Assembly (NCBI GenBank): GCA_964418065.1
Contig: CAYQJR010000003.1
Location: forward strand, 1-32,432
Reading direction: 5' to 3'
Length of the DNA stretch: 32,432 nt
Source: an uncultured Candidatus Saccharibacteria bacterium
GTDB lineage: Bacteria > Patescibacteriota > Minisyncoccia > Phycocordibacterales > Phycocordibacteraceae
The notes beneath the pieces were generated by a model. It did no database searches. It was given only the letters and a program-made list of their open reading frames with translations, and was not told the DNA's origin. Both the position numbers and the translations under genes were made by a program. Below are positions 18,005-25,294 of the stretch, one piece after another (within the stretch, counting starts at the first letter, position 1; each line of letters begins with the position of its first letter).

Positions 18005-19039
18005 CTACATCTCGATGAGCACTCTTCCTGCTTGGCCGTTTCTCACAAGAGTGATAACCTCGTTTATTTGAGGAAGTTTCATCCGGTGCGTGATGATGCC
18101 GTCGGTCTTCAGCACGCCGGCTTTGTGGAGGCGCACATACCGCGCGATGTCCGAGCTTGGCGAGAATCCTCCGCCCTGCGTCGCCTTAATGCTTTTCCCC
18201 TCGCCCGCGAAGAGGTGGAGCGCAGTATGGAGCTCTATACTCTCCCCTGGCTTCGGCTGGCCCACCATGATGTAGCGGCCGATACCGCTTAGAAGCGGTA
18301 TCGTGCTCTCTATCGCTGTCTTACTTCCCGAGGTATCAATGATGACATCTATCTCCTTGGTGCCGAAGGTCTTATTAATCTCTTCTGCTATTGAACTTGT
18401 CTTTGAATTAATGAAAAGGTGGGCACCCATGGTCTTGCTGGTCTCTCTTTTATTCTCGTGGATGTCGGTCACGACGATGGGATATGCGCCCGCGAGCTTC
18501 GCCGCCTGGATGAGATTCACCCCGAGTCCGCCCGCGCCAACGATAAGCACGCTCTCGCCGAACTTCACCTCCGCCTCCTGATTAATCGTGCCGAGCGCCG
18601 TTGAGAGACTGCAGCCGAGAAGCGCACAGAGTTCGTTCGGCGTATCCTGCGGCACCGGAGTAATCCTATTCTCCGAGACTATCGCGTACTCGCACAAGGT
18701 ATTGACCTTCCCGCTTTTCATCGGCTTACCCTTATAAGTATAGGTTGGGAAGTCTGACTCAATGCCGTCGCCCTTCCGCCAGTGCATCACCACCTTGTCG
18801 CCCTTCTTCACGCGGGTAACGCCGTGACCGACCTCCTCAACGATGCCGCACCCTTCGTGCCCCATGAGATGCGGGACGAACTTCGCATTCCCCTTGTTGC
18901 CCGCAATCTCCTGCAACTGTGATCCGCAGAATCCGCTTACGAGAATCTTGACCCGTACCTGGCCGAAGGTAAGCGGGGTGAGTTCCACATCCCCAACCAC
19001 GAGCGGTGCGTCTATTGTCTCGAGTATCGCGGCTTTCAT
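18005..19039 (-). CDS. Zn-dependent medium-chain dehydrogenase (MDR) lacking the structural-Zn lobe
   Basis: Start MKAAIL. GFCGSQ, GHEGCGIV..VG.GV...K.GD.V, LLGC, GAGGLG; no Cx2Cx2Cx7C. Confidence 0.9.
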   Translation of the reverse strand: MKAAILETIDAPLVVGDVELTPLTFGQVRVKILVSGFCGSQLQEIAGNKGNAKFVPHLMGHEGCGIVEEVGHGVTRVKKGDKVVMHWRKGDGIESDFPTYTYKGKPMKSGKVNTLCEYAIVSENRITPVPQDTPNELCALLGCSLSTALGTINQEAEVKFGESVLIVGAGGLGVNLIQAAKLAGAYPIVVTDIHENKRETSKTMGAHLFINSKTSSIAEEINKTFGTKEIDVIIDTSGSKTAIESTIPLLSGIGRYIMVGQPKPGESIELHTALHLFAGEGKSIKATQGGGFSPSSDIARYVRLHKAGVLKTDGIITHRMKLPQINEVITLVRNGQAGRVLIEM

Positions 19040-19069
19040 AAAGTCGCATTTTATAGTAAAAATAGAGGG

Positions 19070-19771
19070 ATGTCGAGTATTCTCTTTGATTATCACCAAG
19101 GGCTTGGTGACCATATTATATGCAGCGGTATTGTCCGAGAATACTGCAAAAAGTACGATCGTGTCGGCATCTTTTGCCTATCGCGAAACTATCCTTCTAT
19201 CTCGTTTCTGTACCGCGACCTCGCGAATCTGCGCATCCACCGAGTTGAGTCGTATGCCGAGAAGTATCGCTTCCGCCTCCTGAATGCATTCCGATTTGGG
19301 AAGAATCATTACGATACCGTGCACGTTATCGGGGCCTATGACCAGGAATCGGGGATCCTCTTTGAACGCCAAATCTACAAGCTGGCTGGTTTTGACATCA
19401 AGAAGAAGTGGGAGAACTTCTTCGTGAAGCGTGACGCTGAAAGAGAGCAGAATCTGGGTAAGAAAGCCGGATTGTCGGGGCCCTATGCGTTTGTCCACGA
19501 TGACGGTCGCTACCCGCTGGATTCTGCGCGAATTGCCTCCCCCCTCCCGCTCTTTCGGCCGGACCCGAAGCTGACGGAGAGCATGTTCGATTATTGCGGG
19601 ATTATAGAACGCGCGGATGAGATCCATGTCATTGACTCTTCATTTATGTTTCTCGTGGACTGCCTCCCCTACACGAACCAAAATCAGAAACTCTTCGTCC
19701 ATCGCTACGCGCGGCTCAATCCGCCCGTCCAGATGCCACTCCTGAAGAAACAGTGGCACATTCTCACTTGA
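19070..19771 (+). CDS. Uncharacterised GT9-like protein, paralog 2
   Basis: YHQGLGDH, IHVIDSSFMFL; colinear with 4164-4943. Confidence 0.6.
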   Translation: MSSILFDYHQGLGDHIICSGIVREYCKKYDRVGIFCLSRNYPSISFLYRDLANLRIHRVESYAEKYRFRLLNAFRFGKNHYDTVHVIGAYDQESGILFERQIYKLAGFDIKKKWENFFVKRDAEREQNLGKKAGLSGPYAFVHDDGRYPLDSARIASPLPLFRPDPKLTESMFDYCGIIERADEIHVIDSSFMFLVDCLPYTNQNQKLFVHRYARLNPPVQMPLLKKQWHILT

Positions 19772-19773
19772 TT

Positions 19774-20598
19774 ATGAAGAAGATTATTATTACCAAGCCC
19801 GGCTGTCGAGAACTCGCAAATCATTTGTGGAATTATATGAGTGTGTATGCGTATGGTCTGGAGACCGGAGCACGCGTACTAAATCCGTCATTCTCCGCTT
19901 GGCACCAATATTTCAACCTCCGGAGCTCTTTTCTCGGGCGTCTATGGGGGATGGTTGATTCGCTCTACGGAAGTTATGTCGTCCGTGCGCATAAGAAGTG
20001 CGCCCTGCTCGCAGTGAATGAAATCGTGCACCTGCCGCCGAAGAAAGATGCCTGTGACACGCTTTACTGCATCGGCTGGTTCTTCAGAAATCCTCGCGGG
20101 CTGGAGCGATATAGAAAGGAGATTGTCACTGCCTTTGAGCCGAGAGAATATATTCGCAGAGAAATAGACACTGCACTCGCTCCGCTTAGAGGAAAGACGC
20201 TGATAGGAGTCCAACTGCGGCAGAAACCCTTCCCGGGATTTCCCAATGGGGACTTCCTCGTCTCCCCTCTACGCGTCCGCCAGATTATTGAGGAGTATCT
20301 CCGCGAACATGCACTGGATGCGCGAGATGTTGCGCTTGTGATTGTCTCGGATAAGAATGTTGACCCCCTTGCCTTTGACGGATTCGCCGCACAAGTGATT
20401 CGCGCAGATGCCGCCACCTTCCTCTTCTCGCTCGCAAGGTGTAGCGTGGTCATCGGACCAAACTCAACCTCGAGTAATCTTGCCGCGTGGTTCGGCAATG
20501 TCCCGCATATCGTCACGACAAACGAGTCAATTGATTGGGAGTACTATCGCGATAAGAAAATATATTTTGAGAACAAATACGCGACCTTTGCGCAGTAG
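19774..20598 (+). CDS. Divergent GT11 (alpha-1,2-fucosyltransferase-like) protein
   Basis: ELANHLWNY (GLGNQMF-like), GWFF, GVQLRQ (HVRRGD position), VSD, GPNSTSS..AAW (NSTFSWW-like). Confidence 0.65.
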   Translation: MKKIIITKPGCRELANHLWNYMSVYAYGLETGARVLNPSFSAWHQYFNLRSSFLGRLWGMVDSLYGSYVVRAHKKCALLAVNEIVHLPPKKDACDTLYCIGWFFRNPRGLERYRKEIVTAFEPREYIRREIDTALAPLRGKTLIGVQLRQKPFPGFPNGDFLVSPLRVRQIIEEYLREHALDARDVALVIVSDKNVDPLAFDGFAAQVIRADAATFLFSLARCSVVIGPNSTSSNLAAWFGNVPHIVTTNESIDWEYYRDKKIYFENKYATFAQ

Positions 20599-20600
20599 AT

Positions 20601-21305
20601 TTATTTACGAACGAAGATGGAGTTTATATGGGTGTCTGCGTAGAGAGTGTAGCCCTGCGCGAGTACGTAGTCTACAATCGCCTTCTGCTTCTCTTCTTTC
20701 CCCGCATCATTAAAGCGCAGTGTCTCCACACACATGACCTGCGGCGCATATTGCTTAAAATCGAGCGACTGCAGTATCTCCAAGTCGTATCCCTCCGTGT
20801 CTATTGAGAGGATATCAACTCCGTGCGGGAAATAGGTGTGCATCAGCGAGTTAATCGCGACAAGCGGGATGTCTATCACGCGTTCTATCGCCTGTTTGCC
20901 GTAATTCGTGCTTGCCACCATGCTGTCGGCCTCGTCTTTCTTGAAGGTACTCAATTGCTTGGACGTCATGACATAGAACGGGACGCTCGTGCTGTCTCGT
21001 GTGCCGATGCCAACATTCAAACAAACATCATTTCTTGTTTTCTTGATTACCCGGTAGACCTCGGGATCCGGTTCAACCAGAACGCCTCTATCCCCCCTCG
21101 TGTAGAAGAGGTAGGTATTGTTGTTATAAATGGGGTGATTAGTCCCTATATCAAGATAGGTCGGGTTTTGTATCCCGAGCCTCCTAACCGCAGAAGCAAT
21201 AATAATGTCCTCTCCGTTTTGCGAATAGCTGTGTTTATATTTCCGAGAGAGCGTGTAGGAAATGAAGTCTGTCCATGTCTTCAGCTTCAGATATTTTGTA
21301 TTCAT
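20601..21305 (-). CDS. FkbM-family methyltransferase
   Basis: SYSQNGED, YLDIGTNHP, NNTY, VEPD, LSIDTEGYD. Confidence 0.9.
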   Translation of the reverse strand: MNTKYLKLKTWTDFISYTLSRKYKHSYSQNGEDIIIASAVRRLGIQNPTYLDIGTNHPIYNNNTYLFYTRGDRGVLVEPDPEVYRVIKKTRNDVCLNVGIGTRDSTSVPFYVMTSKQLSTFKKDEADSMVASTNYGKQAIERVIDIPLVAINSLMHTYFPHGVDILSIDTEGYDLEILQSLDFKQYAPQVMCVETLRFNDAGKEEKQKAIVDYVLAQGYTLYADTHINSIFVRK

Positions 21306-22318
21306 ACCAGTACTTTAGCGCAAGCTGATACAACCTCGGGTATCGCTATTTTGCCGAGGCAATCAGAATATCCTCTGTTCACTTTATGTCCATCGGTACA
21401 CAAATCAGCGCGTGAGAGGACCGAAACGGGCGTCTCCGGCGCATACTGCCCTGCTTGCCACCAGTGAATCCCGAGACAGCCCGCGAGCACCACAAGCGGC
21501 TTCCCGAGCTGGGCCGTCATATGCGCCATACCGGTGTCCACACTCACTACCCCCCGGCTCCCGACTATCAGATTCATCATTTCTTGGAGCGTGGTCTCGC
21601 CAGCGAGTACTCGCGCATTGAGACCCTCCGCTACCTGCTCCGCTTCCGCTCTATCGCCCTTCCCTCCACTTATAACGAGACGAGTATCTGGAAACGCCGT
21701 GTGAAGAGCTGTGAGGAGCTCGCGCTTCTTCTCCGGGTGGAGTCCGCGGCTTTTATTGCCGGCAAACAGATGAACTACCAGATACGCGCCGGTAAGACCG
21801 TGTTTCTCTGTCACTCGCGAGTCTGGAATGTAGTTGAGCGTGGGCCACTCCTGTCTGACTGGAATCCCCGCGGCGCCAAGCGCTTTGCGCTCAAGGAGCG
21901 CGGGGGGCTCCTTCTGGGTAAATGAAACTATCTTGTCATACAGAAGTGCGTTTATCTTTGACGCGTCCACGAACCCGATAAGCCCGCCTCGCTTCGCGAG
22001 CAGGCGGGCGGCGAGCTTGCTCGCGAGGCTGAATTTGCCACCCTTTTTACCTGCATATTGTGTTACCACGAGGTCGCTCCCGTGGAAATTAGTCCAGAGA
22101 TGCGACAACGAACGCGAATTCCGGCGATTCGCTTCAATCACCTCCAGCCATGGGTAGGCGCTGAATAAATCGCGCATCAAATCTCCGTGATTCGCGACTA
22201 CGATGCCGCAGCGCGCTTGCGGGAATTCTGCATGCACATTCTCCAGGAGGTACTTCCCCATCAGACAGTCCCCCACGGAGGAGGCACGGAAGGTGAGAAC
22301 TTTCTTGATGTTTTTCAT
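21302..22318 (-). CDS. Glycosyltransferase family 9 (heptosyltransferase WaaC/WaaF-like)
   Basis: SSVGDCLM, LAGETTL, VSVDTGMAHMTAQLGKP, C-terminal Cys pair. Confidence 0.88.
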   Translation of the reverse strand: MKNIKKVLTFRASSVGDCLMGKYLLENVHAEFPQARCGIVVANHGDLMRDLFSAYPWLEVIEANRRNSRSLSHLWTNFHGSDLVVTQYAGKKGGKFSLASKLAARLLAKRGGLIGFVDASKINALLYDKIVSFTQKEPPALLERKALGAAGIPVRQEWPTLNYIPDSRVTEKHGLTGAYLVVHLFAGNKSRGLHPEKKRELLTALHTAFPDTRLVISGGKGDRAEAEQVAEGLNARVLAGETTLQEMMNLIVGSRGVVSVDTGMAHMTAQLGKPLVVLAGCLGIHWWQAGQYAPETPVSVLSRADLCTDGHKVNRGYSDCLGKIAIPEVVSACAKVLV

Positions 22319-23169
22319 ACGAAATGCTTTTGTAGGCGGCGGACTTTATCGCGCAGATTCTGGCCTATCACATATCCCATCGTACGCCACTTGGATAAAA
22401 TCGGTAGGGGGGCTATTTTCCCTTTCGGCAGGGCAAGGATATCAAAGACTGAGCTCGTCCGACGGAAGAGATACGCTCCCGGATACATACAGAGTGCAAT
22501 GAGAGAGAGATTCGGTATTTCTCCGAGCACAAGCGCTCCGCTCGAGCGGAACGATAGGTACAGACGGTACTGGTGTTTGCGGAAGAATGCCGATAATGCC
22601 GGCAGAGATGCACGATGCGCTCGTAATTGCGAAAGATTGACTTCAAATAACACCGACGGGCGCGCTTCCCGTATGATTCTTCCCGCACCTTGCAGAGCGG
22701 CAAGTTCCATACCCTCCACATCAAGCTTCAGGACATCAAAGTGTTCCAATTCCTCGTCGAGCGCGACAATCGTGACACCTCCTTCTCCCACCGAGAGCGA
22801 GTGCGCACCCGCATTCCCCTCGCGCACCGATACAATGTCCCCCCGTCCGGCCGATGCACCAAGACCCTTCTCGCGCACATCGGCCGAGACTCCATTGCGT
22901 TCGACATTCTGGCGCAAGAGAGCGCAGGTGTGTGCATCCGCTTCGTAGGCGACAGTGCGCCTAGTCTTGCGCGCAAGAGGAATCGTAATGGTGCCGATAT
23001 GCGCGCCGCCATCAACGAAAATGCTCTGGGGAGTCACGAGCGCGGACAAAAGTTCAACCGTGTCTTTCTGATGGTACTCCCCACGTTCAAAGACCGCGGC
23101 CATCTTAGCATCCGCAGTTGTGTCTATCGAGAGCTCGCCGTACGGAGTAGAAAATAGCTTAACGCTCAT
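22315..23169 (-). CDS. FkbM-family methyltransferase
   Basis: FVDGGAHIG, AYEA, L.QN...N, LKLDVEGME.AAL.GA, FE. Confidence 0.9.
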   Translation of the reverse strand: MSVKLFSTPYGELSIDTTADAKMAAVFERGEYHQKDTVELLSALVTPQSIFVDGGAHIGTITIPLARKTRRTVAYEADAHTCALLRQNVERNGVSADVREKGLGASAGRGDIVSVREGNAGAHSLSVGEGGVTIVALDEELEHFDVLKLDVEGMELAALQGAGRIIREARPSVLFEVNLSQLRAHRASLPALSAFFRKHQYRLYLSFRSSGALVLGEIPNLSLIALCMYPGAYLFRRTSSVFDILALPKGKIAPLPILSKWRTMGYVIGQNLRDKVRRLQKHFV

Positions 23170-23170
23170 A

Positions 23171-24031
23171 CTATTTCCTCAGGCGTTGAATGAATGCGTA
23201 GAACGGCAGTTTGCGCGCGAAGTACTTCGCGGTGCGCACAAGGGCGCTCTCGCTTATCTTGGCCGGGTACGCGCGTTTCTGCCTCGGCAGTATCTGCAAC
23301 TTCTCCTCATCTATAGGGAGATTATGCCAAATCAAGCGATTATAGCCGGCGATCTTCAGCGTACCGTCATAGAGCTGAAAAAGTCTCGTCTCGTAGGTAT
23401 GCTCGGTGTGAAGCGCATCAATAGAATTATTTGTGATACCGAATTTCGGAAATAATTCCCGCACAACGAAAAAAGCGTTTACCTCGTTCGTGGCGACAAG
23501 TTCGTATCCCTTACGCTTGCCAAGCTCAACAAGCGCACGGAGCGAGGACCCTTGAAACACGCTCATATCGCGCGGCTGGATAAACGACACCTCGTTAGGA
23601 ATAGAGGGATTGAATTCCACGACCATCACGCGCGGGCGATAGCCAGTGAGAGAATCCCAGAGATGGTACTCGTTCCCGTCAACATCCAGAGAAAATAGGT
23701 CAAAGGTGCGCGGCAACGGCGTCTTGGCGAATATCCGGTCCAGCGAGTACTCTCCTTCAAATGATACGAATGCATTGACGGGATGCGTCCGCTCCACACC
23801 CGAATACTCCTGCTGGAGTTTCTCAAAGTAGGTCCGATCAGCTTCTATCAAGACGCCCGACCACCCCCGCTCTTTAATGAGGTGCCATACATTGCTGCCA
23901 TGGACGCCGTTCAACGCACCGAGCTCAACGCACCACTTCTCCCCTTCGCCGATAATCTGGAATAGCTCCTCAATAACGCCATCTTCCCCGTGTTCCGAGG
24001 TAACGGTGCGTCTGGCTGAGAGAAGGCCCAT
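23171..24031 (-). CDS. FkbM-like methyltransferase
   Basis: SEHGEDG, VELGALNG..GSN, LIEAD, SLDVDGNEY, PRVMVVEFN, GSSL.AL..LG..KGY.LV. Confidence 0.8.
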   Translation of the reverse strand: MGLLSARRTVTSEHGEDGVIEELFQIIGEGEKWCVELGALNGVHGSNVWHLIKERGWSGVLIEADRTYFEKLQQEYSGVERTHPVNAFVSFEGEYSLDRIFAKTPLPRTFDLFSLDVDGNEYHLWDSLTGYRPRVMVVEFNPSIPNEVSFIQPRDMSVFQGSSLRALVELGKRKGYELVATNEVNAFFVVRELFPKFGITNNSIDALHTEHTYETRLFQLYDGTLKIAGYNRLIWHNLPIDEEKLQILPRQKRAYPAKISESALVRTAKYFARKLPFYAFIQRLRK

Positions 24032-24043
24032 GACCACAGTGTA

Positions 24044-25294
24044 CTACCGGAATTTCAGTTTACGAGCGGCGAAGACCGTCATCTTCAGGAGGAGCCAACC
24101 GTGCTTCCATCGGCTGATGTTGGTCGTGCCGTAGACTCTGTCGCGGTAGTGCACCGGCACTTCTACAATCTTCAGGTTCAGCTTCGCCGCGCCGAAGAGA
24201 AGGTCGAAGTCGCCGAACGGGTCGAAGTCGCCGAAGAACGCGCGGTGCTTCTTAATATTCTCGTAGTCCTTCTTCCAGATTACTTTTGTCCCGCAGAGCG
24301 TGTCCTTGAGCGGCTGGCCGAGGATGGCACTGAAGGCGAAGCTGAAGAACTTGTTCCCGAAGAAGTTCAGTAGGCGCATAGCACCTTTCTCCACCGGATA
24401 GACCAATCGCGAACCGTTGATGAAGTCGCCGCGGTTCAGAGTGATTGCACGGTAGAATTTCTCCATCTCCTCCGGCGGCACGGTCATATCGGCATCAAAG
24501 ATGGTGAGAATGTCTCCTGTCGCCATATCAAAGCCCTTGCGCACCGCATCTCCCTTGCCCTTGCCGCTCTGCACCGCTACTTGAATCCGCTTATTGCCTT
24601 GATACGCCCCCTTGACCCGCTCCATTTCTGCAAGCGTGTTGTCGGTTGAGTGCCCCTCAATAAAGATAATCTCCGTAAACGCCCCGAGCTCCGGCAACTC
24701 CTTCACAATCCGCTCTATGGTCCCCGCCTCGTTTCGCGCGGGAACAACGATGGAGAGTGACGGTTTCGTGTTGGCCTTTTGTTCCGGGAGGGGACGAGCG
24801 ACCGCGTAGTGGATAAGACAGAGGTACGAGAACGGCCACAAATTCGCAAGAACGCTATTGAAGAAGGCGGAGACGAGCGGTACATACTTCGGGAACAGCA
24901 TCTTCCCCCCTGACTTCACGACCTCAAACCCGGCGAGGTGGAGGAAGTTCCGCAAATCATGAGGGGATATCCAGTTCTGCTCCACGGACGGGGAACGCAG
25001 TCCAAGCCACGATGCGAGGCGCAAAATAGGTTCCCAGAGCGTACTGTACTGGGTGATGACGATACGCCCATCCGGTAAGAGACGCGCACGCGCCGCCCCG
25101 AGGAAACTTTCAATGTCGTACACATGTCCAAGAATGTCCGTTGCGACAATATAATCAAACTCTTCTTTCGTCTTTCCGAAATCCATATGCGGATCATCAA
25201 CGACCAGGGTGCGCGCTCCCTCGGGGACGATAAAACGCACCAGGGATTCAACATAGCGGTGATAAAAATTCCCTATTTTCTTGCCTGCTTGCAT
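24044..25294 (-). CDS. GT2 glycosyltransferase with a remnant N-terminal methyltransferase-like domain
   Basis: C-terminal half has SIVVPARNEAG, EGHSTD, GKGDAV, DADMT, DTLCGTK. N-terminal half has FDYIV..D, L.PDGR but no GxGxG. Confidence 0.88.
   Translation of the reverse strand: MQAGKKIGNFYHRYVESLVRFIVPEGARTLVVDDPHMDFGKTKEEFDYIVATDILGHVYDIESFLGAARARLLPDGRIVITQYSTLWEPILRLASWLGLRSPSVEQNWISPHDLRNFLHLAGFEVVKSGGKMLFPKYVPLVSAFFNSVLANLWPFSYLCLIHYAVARPLPEQKANTKPSLSIVVPARNEAGTIERIVKELPELGAFTEIIFIEGHSTDNTLAEMERVKGAYQGNKRIQVAVQSGKGKGDAVRKGFDMATGDILTIFDADMTVPPEEMEKFYRAITLNRGDFINGSRLVYPVEKGAMRLLNFFGNKFFSFAFSAILGQPLKDTLCGTKVIWKKDYENIKKHRAFFGDFDPFGDFDLLFGAAKLNLKIVEVPVHYRDRVYGTTNISRWKHGWLLLKMTVFAARKLKFR

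Noticed and set aside
22187-22948. 253-aa plus-strand ORF and the many other 60-250 aa overlapping ORFs
   Set aside because: They lie antisense or out of frame to motif-supported genes in GC-rich DNA and show no protein motifs.
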